Positions 42,761-56,719 of a stretch of 64,000 bases of DNA are shown in pieces (within the stretch, counting starts at the first letter, position 1; each line of letters starts with the position of its first letter). This DNA comes from Octopus vulgaris (taxonomy: Eukaryota). The notes beneath the pieces are model-generated. The model was not told the origin of the DNA and searched no databases. It saw nothing but the letters and a program-made list of their open reading frames with translations. The position numbers and the translations under genes are program-made. The stretch lies in contig OX597826.1 of NCBI GenBank assembly GCA_951406725.2, positions 36,766,001-36,830,000 of the forward strand, written 5' to 3'.

Positions 42761-44495
42761 TATGTTTTCATTTTGACTTTCATTCGCGCCGAGGTAAACT
42801 TTGCATTTCTTTCGTCGATAACATGAAGCAGCACTCCAAAGCAGTATTTTGTTGAATTATCTTGGAAAATAAATTTAGAAACCGTTTCTATTTTGTTACG
42901 TTCCGAGTACTCAGGCGAGTAGGGCAACGAACTTGTCTGCATCTACCCGACGAGACAGGGTTTGCAAAAAACAAAGAAAAGTATTCGAAAAAGAGTAAGA
43001 AAATTAAAATATATTTTTTTCCTTCCACAAAAATTCCATGACAAAAAATTCCATAAAAATTCTATAGCAGTTGTAAAGGAAGTCACCAGTAGGTATTTCT
43101 CAGCAGTCAAAGCTTTTGCTATTGCAGACAATCATTATTAATTTCCCACGAATTTATTGCTTCACTTTAAGGTTTGAAGTAACGAAATGGATTAGATACA
43201 AATGAAGTTTGACCTTTTATATTTCGGACAGAGTAGATTTAATCAGGAAGAAGGAAAACTAATTTTCTAATAGCAAAATAACAACAAAACTGCTGATAAT
43301 TAAACTCTTCCTGAGAATTTCCCATCCAAACTACATTCCATTAAAAACAAAAAGCGAAAACATTAACAAACAATATCATTTAGAAATTTTACCTGCTCTG
43401 ATGGCATTTTTCTGATACCGTAATGTATTGTATCTTGCTGAACCTTGTACAAATCTCATTGAGTGCATCTTTACCGAAAATAGCTGTAGACACACTATAA
43501 TTTACACGCACTCTGTAATTTACACGCGTTCTTGGAGCTGAAATATAGTAGAAAGAAACTCATTAATTACGAAACAGATTTGTAAAAATAAAATGAATGA
43601 AAATGAATAAATAATCCAAAACGGAAACATATGAAATGTAAGATAAACTATTCTAATTAATTTCTACCTGGCAAAGCTGCTTCAATAGACAATTGATACC
43701 AGTTGAAGCTTAACAATGGATAATATACACACAAGATAACAATGGTAATATATCTCAGTGCAACAAGAGAAAATTGCACCTAATTTCACCCATTCTCCAT
43801 TTGAATACAGATAAAAACCCACTTGAATTAATATGGACCTAGTTTTGGCAACTGCACCTATTATATTGCATAAAAAATTGTTGAAAACGAGTGTATTTTG
43901 CCAAAAATATTAGTAAAATAAAATAAAAATGTGTTATTGATTTCCACATTTTACCACAACTAATAAATAGATTTAAAAAAATAAAACTTCAGCGTGACCA
44001 AAAGTTCTGTGTCTATTTAAGGAAAAAACATGTCTTCAAGAGAATCTGTTACCAAAATAAACCCTGCATTTTTATATCTACAGATGTATATATTTGAGAG
44101 AATACTTTTAAATATTTGTATTTTTATGCCTTGTTTGTTGTATATTGAAAGTGAGCTACTTATAGAATTATGATAAAATAATTGTTTATTTTTCCATTGA
44201 CAATGTGTTTGCAGTTCCACTGTGATATATATATATATATATATATATATGGAAAGAGAGAGGTGCACAAACAGGCACAGCTTCACACGCACTCACGCAC
44301 GCAGTACGCCCACATATGCATATAAATACACAAGGATAAATGAAGATGTAAAGGAAGAAATAAAGAATGATTTCATGGCTGTTGCTCGCCAGAAAGAACT
44401 AGCTGCACACGGTTCAGTTTCTCCAGCCTTACATAGTATGTACGTATGTATGAACGTATGTATATATATATATATATATATATATACTGTATGTA

Positions 44496-44551
<56 letters not shown>

Positions 44552-45432
44552 CACACGTGTGTGTGTATAAACATACATATGTACATAAATATACGTACAG
44601 GCACAAGAATAAATATTTCGTCATTGTGTATCTATAAAGGACTACATTGTTCAATGAGTTGGCTTTCAAACTTCGAAGTGGTAGACAGTGACCTGAGCGA
44701 AATTTGGCAGCAATTCTCTGTACTACATGCTTCCACACTACACAGTGGCATTCTTTTGTTGGATCGAAACAAACTTGTTTGTTGTTGTTTGGCTCGCAAT
44801 AAACGGTTAATCGAATTGATCTAGGAGAAAATCTATTCTACTCTACTCATCCCATCGATTTTACGTTAAGAGGTTTACAGTCGAATATATTTTACATTGA
44901 ATTCGGCAACATGTTAATTTGTGGGCAACTTGTAGTAGTTGCAGAGAGCGTATTGGAACGCCTGTCTTAAGTACTGTAAACAAACTGATGTCACTTGTTA
45001 TCATTTTACATGACCTAAAATATTGTAAGGCTATGATGAAGCAAGCAGAGCAGATGATCCGAAACCGTAAACAACGGTGCCTCTCTGTGTCTTTTCCGTC
45101 TCTCTTCTCTCCTATCTGTCTCTTTCTGTCCAGTCACAACTTGTCTGAAGTACTTGACTGTCTACAAATGAAGCGGTAGATTCGATCAAAGCGAAATATT
45201 ATTAATCCCTGCTATAGCATTGAGTACACCTTTTACTCCGAGAGTTAATACTAAACACCTATACACATACATGCACACACACACACAGATACACACACAC
45301 ACACACATACGCACATATACACTCCCGCACACACATATTTAAAAACAATAACTTGCCAGCGTTTCCTTCATCATATACGCGATAATCATATTCGGTTAAA
45401 ATAGCTTAATAGTGTGTTTTCTTTGTCTTTTT

Positions 45433-45518
45433 TCCCCTGACGAGATGATCACATTGTTTTACACCGTTTTATTCCCTCAGGAACAATACTAATGTTTTCT
45501 TCGAAACATATGTCGGAA
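45433..45518 (+). ncRNA. Possible degenerate hammerhead motif
   Basis: GAAACATATGTC (palindromic stem III, GUC triplet) lies at 45503-14 and is followed by GGAA. Upstream candidates for the core are TTCC-CTCAGGA (45472-82) or CTGACGA (45437-43). Confidence 0.4.
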
Positions 45519-45797
45519 GTATAAAGGTTCGAATAACACCTGCGTTTAACTACATTTCTAAATTTATCCACATATACAAAACCATTTCACTAAATCCTGG
45601 AACTTCTACCTTTATAAGTAGGCTGTAACATCCTTGGCACTTATGTGAATTTTTGATACCTTGCTAACTATTTAAGTATTTTTCTTTTTATTTGTACTCA
45701 TTGAAAAAATACACACACACACACACATATAGAAGCAAAAATGCTAGTTTTAAAATCTCTCTAAGAGATCAATGCAGTAGTTGTACTGACAAGTAAT

Positions 45798-46154
45798 ATT
45801 CATAACGACTTTAACATAGCTGTCCGTTCGAGTGGACTCTACTGCGATTTTTAACCCGAAGAGGGCATCTCCTCTAGCTGGTTAACGATGCAGAGCTGCA
45901 TCCGATAAAAAAATGCGAGCAAGGGAGCGAACACCTACCATCCCCTAGCGATGGAACCAGTAGACAATTCCTGGTTTTAGGCTATTTCTGCCATTCCTCA
46001 GTATTGAGCACCTCGTCTGCAAGAGATGGTAGCAGCAATTTTATCTGATGCAACTGTGCGTCGTTAACCACCCAAATGAGATATCCGTTTTGGGTTTTTA
46101 AAAATCGCAGTAGAGCCCGCTCGAAATGACAGCCATGTTAAAGTGGCTACGAAT
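45798..46154. repeat. Long imperfect inverted repeat, about 115-nt arms (MITE or Penelope-like inverted terminus)
   Basis: 45798-45911 versus 46039-46154, for example CTCTACTGCGATTTTTAA / TTAAAAATCGCAGTAGAG and GGTTAACGA / TCGTTAACC. The right end abuts a TA/TG microsatellite. Confidence 0.85.
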
Positions 46155-46177
46155 TTATATACATATATATATGTGCG

Positions 46178-46265
<88 letters not shown>

Positions 46266-47296
46266 TGTGTGTGAGTATGTATGTTACGCCGTCTATTTCA
46301 TTATACAGAGGCATGGTTAGTTTTAAGGTTACGTGTGTGGTGAGTTACTTATATTTCTTTCAGTCAGTGAAGTGTTTGGTTTAGTTTTAAGAGTAGTTGC
46401 TGATGCCGTCGCAGTTAATGTTGTTCAGTTCTAAGTCAGACTAAGAGTAAAAGTATTCCGCCTATGATTTTTCATCAATAAACTTGGCGTGTTTCGGTAA
46501 CATACATGGATGTACTTACAATTGCTTCGTTATAATAGGGGACTTTCAACGTTGATTCCACTTATAAATTAAGTATGCAACCATTAGATATGACATATAT
46601 TTTACGTGTGAAACCTGTGAAAACTCTTACTTTAATGCAATGTTTAGAATAACTCTATGAAATTTGCAGTACATAAGCCATTTCTAAAATAAATACGCAT
46701 GCATATATATTTGTGTGTGTGTGTGTGCGTGCGTGCGTTGTGATTTTAAATTACAATTGCGAATAGATATTGCGTACGTCTGCGATTTCAAATATATAAT
46801 TTTCATTACAGTTACAGGTTAGTAAACTTAATTTATTCTAGAACAGGAAACTATTGCTGTTTTCTTCAGTATTATTATGAACACTTTCATTTCAAGAAGT
46901 GACCCATGTCAAAATTCTCTTGTTCGTAACACTAACAAAGCTGAATCACTGTTGCCGTTGTTAAAATTATTAAGTCTGAGGATATATTTTCCTCTCTAGT
47001 TGTTAAAGCATAAATACGAGCTTCTAACAATGTCTGCTTGTTTAAGTGTCATCTTTTAGTTTATCTGTTTGTCTTTTTTATCTCAATTATGTTTCCATAT
47101 TTTTCTCTTATCTTTTGAGCCTGTTTGTAATACGACTATTTTGTGACTAGCAGCTTTTGGTGTTTCTCCAAAAAGATAAGCATTATTGAATTAATAATAA
47201 ACGGCATAGCATGTATGCTTGACTAAAATTCTTCAAGGCAGTGCCCCAGCATGGATGCAGTCTAATGACTGAAACAAGTAAAATATATATGTATGT

Positions 47297-47380
<84 letters not shown>

Positions 47381-47384
<4 letters not shown>

Positions 47385-47622
47385 TTTTATTCTTTTATTC
47401 TTTTATTCTTTTATTCTTTTATTCTTTTATTTGTTTCAGTCATTTGACTGCAGCCATGCTGAAGCACCGCATTTAGTCGAGCAAATCGACCACAGGACTT
47501 ATTTTTTGTAAGCCTAGTACTTATTCTATCGGTCATTTTTGCCGAACCATTATGTTACGAGGACATAAACACAACAACATCGGTTGTCAAGCGACGTTGG
47601 CGGGACAAACACAGACACACAA

Positions 47623-47653
<31 letters not shown>

Positions 47654-47776
47654 CGACGGGATTCTTTCAGTTTCCGTCTACCAAATCCACTCATAAGGTT
47701 TTGGTCGGTCCGAGATTATAGTAGAAGACACTTGCTCAAGGGTCCACGTAGTAAGCAAGCTACTTACCTCACAGCA
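47381..47776 (-). mobile_element. SINE family A with (TTCTTTTA)n tail; an opposite-strand tail fragment lies at about 47213-47283
   Basis: Collinear with other A copies; the head is partly deleted. Confidence 0.85.
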
Positions 47777-47949
47777 CATACACATTCATATATAATTCTG
47801 TGTGTTTTTTTTAAAGCTATTTTTATACCCCTGGGCAAATGGAGTGAACGCTGGAATGTTTCGGAATTCTTCGCTAACAAAATGAACTAGAATGTCTATC
47901 TTTCCACCAAGCAACCTGTTATAAATTCAGCTTCCTTTCAGCAATATCT

Positions 47950-48226
47950 GGCACTCCGTCGGTTGCAATGAAAAGTGTTCCTGTTGATCCGATACACGGA
48001 ACGGCTTGCTCGTGAAATTGACGTGCAAGCGATTGAGCACTTCACAAACACACATACTTCTCTGTGCGACAGAGAACGAGACAAGATTGGTTCTTAGAAT
48101 TACTTGTACAGTTCATTGTTTTTTCAGTTGAGTGGACTGGAGCAATTAAGGACACAGCACACTACTGGGAATCGAACTCCTGACCTTACGATCATCAGGC
48201 GAATACACCAACCACTAAGTCACGCC
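47950..48226 (-). mobile_element. SINE family C (tRNA-like head)
   Basis: Minus head GGCGTGACTTAGTGGTTGGTGTATTCG...GAGTTCGATTCCC (A/B boxes) followed by GTGTCCTT...TTGCTCCAGTCCACTCAACTG. Confidence 0.75.
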
Positions 48227-48264
48227 CCTTTACTCAAATTTCTTACAAATGATGCAGATATGTA

Positions 48265-48659
48265 TTATTCCTTTATTGGTTTTCAGTCAATTGACTGCGA
48301 TCATGCTGGAGCACTGCCTTTAGTCGAACAAACTGACCCCAGACCTTATTCTTTGTAAGACTAGCACTTATTCTAACGGTCCCTTTTGCCGAACCGCTAG
48401 GTTGCGGGGACGTAAACACACCAATATCGGTTGTCAAGTGATGTTGTGGGACAAGCACAGGCACACAAGCATATATATATATATATTTATATATACGACG
48501 GACTTCTTCCAGTTTCCACCTACCAAATCCACTCACAAGGCTTTGGTCGGCCCGAGGCTACAGTAGAAAACACTTGCCTAAGGTGCCACGCAGTGGGACT
48601 GAAACCGGAACAACGTGGTTGGGAGGCAAGCTTCTTACTACACAGTCACGCCTGCGCCT
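48265..48659 (-). mobile_element. SINE family A, full length
   Basis: Complete head GGCGCAGGCGTGACTGTGTAGTAAGAAGC through to the tail. Confidence 0.9.
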
Positions 48660-48924
48660 ATATTTTATTTTATTTTATTTTATTTTATTTTATTTTATCA
48701 TTTAGTGTTAACGCAATCATTTCACATTATCTTCTCATTGAAGAATATCACTTGATTTTGTAGAGTCTTTAGGATACGCACAATTATTATCCCCCCATTC
48801 TTTCCTGCATATCATTGTTCCACTTCAAGTTTGTGCTATTATTTGGTTCAGCTACTTATTGCTACATTTGCTTTCAAATTCATATTCATAACATAATCTA
48901 GTTTAGAATGTCACCGTTATAAAA

Positions 48925-49080
48925 GCGACGAGCTAACAGGAACGTTAACATACCGGGTGAAATGCTCAACGGCATTGCTTCCAAGTTCAAATGCTGCCAA
49001 AGTGGATAAAATAAGTACCAGTATTGACTATCCCCTTCTCCCAAAATGTCAGGCCTTGTTCCTATAGTAGAAAGAAGTAT
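48925..49080 (+). mobile_element. SINE family B (internally deleted)
   Basis: GCGACGAGCTAACAGGAACGTTAAC...GATAAAATAAGTACCAG...AGGCCTTGTTCCTATAGTAGAAAG. Confidence 0.65.
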
Positions 49081-49560
49081 TACCCCAAGTATGCTGTCCT
49101 ATAGTTATTTATACCATTACCTTAATTTACGCTGTCATGTCCAAAATAAATCGGTTTCTCTAACTTGATGTATTTTCGGTCAGCTTGACACAATACCCCG
49201 TAACTATAAATCCAATATAGCATTTAGATACATGTGAGAGTGGAAATACCCCTCCTGTTCCAGTTATGAACGGCAAAACCTAAAACTTGTTACTTTTCCA
49301 TAAATTCAATTTGAGGTCAACACAATGTCATGTCTCATTTATACAAATGTTTCTGAGTAAGTTCTTTATCTATTTTGGTAGATGTGTGTATCATATTTCT
49401 TTATCATATTTCTGCATGACTTTGTTGAGATAGGAAAGACAGCACGTATATTTATATATGATAGACGATACAGGGGTTATATAGTTTCGGTCGAAACTGT
49501 TCGAGAGTCATCACCTGTATAAGAAAACGTGTAAGAGCTCTATAGTTATTTTATGAAATA

Positions 49561-49933
49561 CTAGCAGTATCGCCCGGCGTTGCTCCGGTTTGTAAGGGAA
49601 ATAACTATATAAGCATTTTTAGAGATGTAAAGTATAATAGCCATCTCAATATGGCTAACCACAAAGGGGGGGGTGTTACCGTAGCTTTTTACGTTCTGAG
49701 ATTTAATAATACATTTTTAGAGAGTTACTTCCCATATATAATAGCAAAAAAATGCACTAAAAATGGGAAGAAATGCTGGTAAATTTTTTTTTAAATCGTA
49801 GACTCATCGTAGACGTGCGCTAATACCCAGAAGGGCTCGATATGAATCACGACTATAAGATACCCGCTTTGGGAGTAGTTAGGAATCTAAATCATAGGAG
49901 ACAGACACACAACTTCACTTTTATATATAAAGA
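49561..49933 (-). mobile_element. Non-autonomous Helitron, 373 bp
   Basis: On the minus strand it starts A|TCTTTATATATAAAAG and ends with a GC-rich hairpin (CCGGAGCAACGCCGGG) followed by CTAG|T. This gives the 5'-TC, 3'-CTAG and A/T target without TSD expected of Helitrons. Confidence 0.85.
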
Positions 49934-50157
49934 TGTATTCAGAATTAATTTGAAAGACTTGGAAGACGTCTACTTTGTTGTGTCTGGGGAAAGTCATTTT
50001 CTTTTTGTGCCTTATATTGTAACACACTCACCGGTAAAATTTCCATTTGTTTCTTATTTTTATTTTCCTAAAATTTTCGTTACACTCAAACATTCATATG
50101 CATGTAAGTACGTATATATATATATATATATATATACACGTATATACGTATATACAT

Positions 50158-50567
50158 TATCTTATACTTGTTTCATTCCTTTGACTGCGGCCATGCTGGG
50201 GTACAACCTTGAAGGGTTTTGGTCGAACAAAACGACACCAGTACTTCCTTGTAAGTCTAGTACTTATTATATCGGTTTCTGTTGCTGAACTACTAGAAAC
50301 GGGTACGTAAGCACACAAACATCGGTTGTCAAGTGATGTTGAGGATACAAAAACAGACACAAAGACACTTACACATAAATAAACCTCTCGCACATATATA
50401 TATACATGCGACGGGCTTCTTTCAGCTTCCGTCTACCAAATCCACTCACAAGGCTTTGGTCGGCTCGAAGCTATACTAGAAGACACTTTCCCAAGATGCC
50501 ATAAAGTAGGACTGAACCCCAAACCATATGGTTGGGAAGCAAGCTCCCTACCACATAGCCACGTCTG
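50158..50567 (-). mobile_element. SINE family A, near full length
   Basis: Collinear with other A copies. Confidence 0.88.
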
Positions 50568-50644
50568 TGTCTATATATACTACATACATACATGCTTATA
50601 TACACATACATACATGCTATATATATATATATATATATATTATG

Positions 50645-50858
50645 ATAGACTCTTCTGTCGTTAGACGACGTATGAGGGTTCGGTAATTTTTTGCCGAACA
50701 ACCAGACAGATTATTTGTGCAACGGGTGCCACATGATCGCAGAGCAACGTGGAATGAAGTGCTTTGCTCAAGAATACAACGCAACGCTTGGTCTGGGAAT
50801 CGAACCCACGTTCTCGCAATCATGAGTGCAACACTCTAACAACCACTAAGCCATGTGC
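50645..50858 (-). mobile_element. SINE family C variant
   Basis: Minus head CATGGCTTAGTGGTTGTTAGAGTG...GGGTTCGATTCCC; tail hairpin GTCGT-CTA-ACGAC. Confidence 0.7.
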
Positions 50859-50862
50859 TTTC

Positions 50863-50863
<1 letters not shown>

Positions 50864-50893
<30 letters not shown>

Positions 50894-51033
50894 TGTATGT
50901 ATGTATGTATGTATGTATGTATGTATGTATGCATGTATGTATGTATGTATGTATGTATGTATGTATGTATGTATGTATGTATGTATGCATGCATGTATGT
51001 ATGTATGTATGTATGTATGTATGTATGTATGTA
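50864..51033. repeat. (TATG)n microsatellite
   Basis: Seen directly. Confidence 0.98.
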
Positions 51034-51146
51034 CAGTAAGTAAAAACGAAAGGTTGTTTAAAACATAACTACACACGTTTCAATATTGTGTTTTAATTCA
51101 AATATAACTCCATTGCATAATTTATTAGATAACATTACATAAACTC

Positions 51147-51195
<49 letters not shown>

Positions 51196-51701
51196 GATAG
51201 CTTGCACTACCGAACGTTCCTTTGAACAACTATCCATGGCAGGTGAAAATGCTATTCGCACCTTCCGGCAGCATCATTTCGTCCAGCGTTGTCAAACAGC
51301 ATTGATGATACCAGTGATTTTCACGGCTCTTTGGGACCACATTGTAACACGTTTGATCGCTCTTCATCTACGCAACCCTGACACCAAGGTAGATGTAGCT
51401 ATATCTATCCTTCCATCGTAACCATGCCGCAACTATATTCTTTTATTTCTTGGAGAATTTTCTAGTTTCTGTCTCAATTTTGGTCTTTCTATCACATATG
51501 TCAGCCATAACTTCAATGAGGCATTTCCAGATTCTCCTTTCAGTTCACGAATGATCTCTTTGCTATCGTTCATACCTCATCACTACTGGAAGCACGTCTT
51601 TCGTATTTGGGGTTCTTATTTTAAGGTGCCCATTCGATATTGCGTTGGTATACTGCATAGATAAAAGTTAAGCCAAGTGATCAAAAATATCTTCATGATG
51701 T

Positions 51702-51867
51702 AGGCGAAGGCGTGGCTGTGCGGTAAGAAGCTTGATTCCCAACGACATGGTTTTGGGTTCACTCCCACTGCGTGAAACCTTGCGCAAGTGTCTTCTATTT
51801 TAGCCACGGATCGACCAAGGCCTTGTGAGTGTATTTGGTAGAGGGAAACTGAAAGAGGTTTCGTCGT

Positions 51868-51901
<34 letters not shown>

Positions 51902-51908
51902 GTATATG

Positions 51909-51940
<32 letters not shown>

Positions 51941-52492
51941 TGTATGTATGTATGTATGTATGTATGTATGTATGTATGTATGTATGTATGTATGTATGTA
52001 TGTATCGTTGCTATTATGCAAAAGTTTCGTAAATCCAAAACGTTGCTTTTTCAGAAAACAAGGAAATAGTTTCACCATTCCATATCAAAACCGTTGTACT
52101 ACACTTTGACAATTTTTGATATCTTGGCATCTGAAGCAGCTGGAGATACGATAGTTTGACCAAAAGAACCGGCATTGCAAGCAAAAATATCTATTGAAAA
52201 AAAAATTAAACATTTTGGCCAAATGTGGACATACAACAGTTAAACATAATAGCAACGACTATATGTATATATTTATGCGTGTGTATCTTTGTGTTTGTGT
52301 TTGTTCCCCCCACCATCACTTGACATCCGATGTTGGTGTGTTTATATCTCCGTAATTTAGTAGTTCGGCAAAAGAGTCCGATAGAATACCAGGAATAAGT
52401 TTTGGGTGGATTTCTTCGACTAAAAAACCCTTTAAGGGTATTTTAGCATGGACGCAGTCAAATGACTGAAACAACTACAAGAATAAAAGAAT
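51702..52492 (+). mobile_element. SINE family A split by (TATG)n expansion and a MITE
   Basis: The 5' half (51702-51880) and 3' half (52275-52492) are on the same strand in the correct order. Confidence 0.8.
52005..52258. mobile_element. MITE-like insert with 14-bp perfect TIRs inside the internal microsatellite of a SINE-A
   Basis: TCGTTGCTATTATG (52005-18) and CATAATAGCAACGA (52245-58) are exact reverse complements. The insert is flanked by TA-rich repeats and separates the SINE-A 5' and 3' halves. Confidence 0.7.
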
Positions 52493-53550
52493 ATGTATGT
52501 GTGCGTGCATACACACACATACTTACACACAGACACACACAAACACTTATATATGGTACCACCACGCAAATATTTTGATGTTTGATCACACGCGCACGTT
52601 ACGTTTGATTGTAGTTTTAAATGAAAACACTTGACGGGAGTTATATACATATATTCGATGCAAAAGCATATATCCATGTGTAAAGACGTAGAAAAATATG
52701 AATAAATCTATAGAGAATCTTGATAGATATTGTATTCCTGTATAAAATTTCAATAAAAATTTCTTGTGACAAGCTTCTTGTGGAAACCAGAATTACAAAA
52801 CTGTGAATATTCATAAATGGCAAAATAGGAGAAATATTGAGTTGATAAACATCACTTCACTGAAATTGTCTATGTAAATAGCAGATAAAAACATCTTCTG
52901 CAGTTGTTTAAAACGAAAGAAAATAAATAAGGGAGATGATTCCAGTAAGATCAGCCAACCGAAGTATTTGAATATATACACAATGTAGATGAAAGTATAT
53001 TTTGTCATTAAAGTCTAGTGGGGAAACCAAGCCGTAACACTTGATTTTAAAATGAAAGAAGAATGATTGAAGATGGACATAGAGTTGCATTGATCTTCAT
53101 TCTTTTATATCATCAATCACAGCTAAATCCGTTATTGTCCGTTAGTTCTCTTAATTTATGATTAGGGTTTGTTGAAAATCTTGAAGACATTTGGAAATTC
53201 TTTATACTTAGTGGTCTGCATTTTTTAAAATATTAATTCGGTGTGAGTTAATTTAGGTCAAGTATGTATGCTAACTCAGGACAAATATAGAAATATGGAT
53301 TTAATCTTGTACTTTGTGTGGTCAGATTGTGTTTGGGGTGGAGTAGAACACACAAAAATGTATGTGTGTGTGTATGCAAATGTGCATAGTTATGTACACA
53401 TAAAAACGATGGGACACAAAACGCAAATTCATGCACAAATGCATTTATACGCACAAACGAACGCGCGTGTGTGTGTGTGTGTATGTATGTATATACATAT
53501 ATATATGTACGTGTGTGTGCACCTATGAAAACCAAATATTGATATAAAAG

Positions 53551-53600
<50 letters not shown>

Positions 53601-56600
53601 CATATATATATATATACGTACATATATGCATACATACAGAGAGAATATTCACGCACATGCATGCATCTATATATTTCGTAAAGTACCCATAATTCACCTG
53701 CAGAAATATGAATATTAAACATACACACTTCTGTATGAGTATATGCATATGTGTGTGTGTGTGTGCACGCGCGTTACATCTACTTTTCTATGAATTTGTA
53801 TATATTTATACTAAGTATAGATATACACACATTTCCATGTACACCTACATACATTCCTGCACACATGACATATACACACGCACACACAAATGTAAATATG
53901 TATGTATTCATGTGGTAATGGATGATGCAATATTACCAGATTTTATCCCTCTCCTGCAGCTAATATTTATGGTAGAAATGATGAGGAAGCTGAAGATGAC
54001 GGTGACGACGAGAAGAGAGTATGGAAGTAGATAGTGTTTCTATTTAATGTTGCTTTCCCTATTCTGATTTCATTCTAGCTGACAGCTCATGAATAAATCA
54101 GCTCTTGTTTTAAGGAGATGCCTTCTACCAAAGTGGTTAAGCATGCTTTATTTCTCTAAAACTAAAACATCACAAATAAAATAAGAACAACGTCATAAAT
54201 AGCAAAATAATAATAATAATAATAATAAACACCAACATACAAACAAATAAATAATAAGCAAAAATGATATGAAATGAAAGTAGAAAAGAAAGAACTTGTT
54301 TACATTTCCCATGTCAGAAATATTTCCACCGAAAAGATCAGGATCTTGGAGAGTGTAAAAATCACATTTGAAAAATCTACCTATTATTATAGCCATAGCA
54401 TGAAGTGTTTGTGGCATTCACTTGCTCAAAGTTGTTTTAGAAATATATATTTTTTCTTTTTATTCCGTTATATGTGATATCAACACATATATTTTATTCA
54501 TATTAGAATATCTCTCCGCAAAACTTTCCTAATTCAATCCACTCCCCTACTTGCAAGTCTCTTAGTAGATAGATCTGTAATCTTGTCACTGATAACCACT
54601 TATAACCAAAGAAACATGTAATATTTCACCATTTCTACAATGTCTAAATATTTTAGTAACTAAGAATATCATTCTTCTAGTTATTTCCTGAAAAAGCAAA
54701 AATAAAAAAAAAAACATTGCTTGCCAACTATTGTACATTATCGTATATTATGCTGCATATCTTGTTTTAGTTTGCATTATTTTTGTCCTCCATTAATTGA
54801 TGCAGAGCGAATATAAACATCGCTCTTCCTACTTGCAGCAAACAGGCGGCTTTAAAATTGAATTACTGTTTTCAGTCTTTCATAACGAGGACTATATTTC
54901 TTCGTAAATTAAGTTTATAAAACAGGAAGTAAAATATTTGCGATTCAATATTTCATGTAGAAACGAATAGCCTTATGCTCTCGTCTCCTTGAAGTTTACA
55001 GTATATAAATGCTTGAAAATTTTTTAAAATTATTACCATATAGTTTACTGTTTAATGGAAGAGACCCTATAAATAAATTTTTATAGGTTTTAGCCGGAAG
55101 AGAAAGGATAGCTTCCTGTTTTTTTTTTCTTACAGGAGCTTCAGATCTTATGAGAGGAAGTGCGAAAGCTATACTCATTCAATGATCTGTCTCCATAAAT
55201 TTCAGTTCGGTGAAGTTCCTATGGACAACTGCGGCATGTTAGACTGGACAAAGCATCCTATATGCCATTAACGTAATTAAATGAAGAACCCACTTAATTT
55301 TCATGATCTGTTGGAGGAGACAATATACAAACACTTACACATTCGATTCTAATGGAACAAATATTATTTTATTGCTAGTAGTAGAGTCTTGAGTCAAGGA
55401 TTTGAGAATATTATGCTAAATACTCACCCATTGTGCTTCTATATTGTACTGTGTAATCTTCCATACTTCTCAGAGACTGTTGTTTCTACAAAAGTCTGTT
55501 ATGTCCAAAGGTTATTCAGTATAAACAGTAATAAAATAAAGTTTATAAAAATCAATAATTTTAAAGAGGTAGTATTGTTAAATAAAACTGAAATATATCA
55601 TTACACTATCTTATATTTCAATATCTTTTATTTCATATCTTTGATGAATTCTTATAACTATTTCCAGCTTTTTTAAAGATATTTTTTAAATGAAAAAGAA
55701 AAAGAAATCTTGTCAAACAAAGTATTTTGAGAAAAGTAACATTTCATTTAATTTTTTTCTTCAATTTTCGTATTTATTTTTCTTTTATTTTCAATTAAAT
55801 ATTTTTTTGTTATATATTGCTGTAATTGCTTAGATGTCAACACTTGTATTAGATATAGTAAGTTTACAGGAATCTACAGACATACATACAACATACACAC
55901 ATATACGCAGTCATACAGGAAGTTGCATTGGCGAACCATCGAATATATATATAAATATATATATATATATCCAATATAAATGCCACAGACTGTTCTGAGC
56001 AAAACATTCAGTTGGAGCTTCTTCAGACACTTATAAAACCATGAGAATCTTTCACTATTATGAGATAGATTTCACTTGATTCGGTTCTTAAAATTCTTCA
56101 CCACATCAAATAGAATCCTAGAAATGCTGGATGTCAGCCTGGTAACAATGTCCGGTTATTTTAATATGCTATTCTTCATCAGGGATGCAATATACTCCTG
56201 CTGTTCGTTTACATATAATCTTTTAGTTTTTTTCTCCTCTATACTTCAAGGAAAACTTCACGTGGTTACTGAACCCGTAAGAAACAGCAAATCCATCCCT
56301 CTAATCACGTTATCGCCATTTAGGAACGTTGACATGAGATTTTGTAGCCTCGAGTTTCCTGTACATAGGAGGAGAGACTGTGGCTACGAGTCTATTTGCT
56401 CAGATATAATCTAGGTTTAAATAACAACAAGAATAACAAGACTTACTCCATGTTCTCCGTGTATTTCATATTGTTTTATTTCAATTAGTTTTAATGATTT
56501 TATCACACCGTGTTTTTCGCTTTCTGTATTTCTTATATTTGTCCATCTTGATTCAAAAGCTTTATGTTTCTTCTATCTACCAACACACTCTTTCAACATC

Positions 56601-56632
56601 CCTTTTTCTCTCATATTTTTTCATGTATCCCT

Positions 56633-56661
56633 ACATTTTACTGTCAACCTACCACCACCTC

Positions 56662-56719
<58 letters not shown>

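Noticed and set aside
48170-48226. tRNA genes at SINE heads
   Set aside because: A/B-box-like motifs continue into SINE bodies, and no full cloverleaf could be built.
49468-49520. Hairpin with GTGATGA...GAAAC on the minus strand
   Set aside because: The core and stems are too degenerate to call.
51190-51700. GC-richer unique segment as an exon or transposase fragment
   Set aside because: No recognisable motif in the frames examined.
55113-55270. Strong 3' splice acceptor at 55135
   Set aside because: The downstream frames are short and unrecognisable, with no convincing donor.
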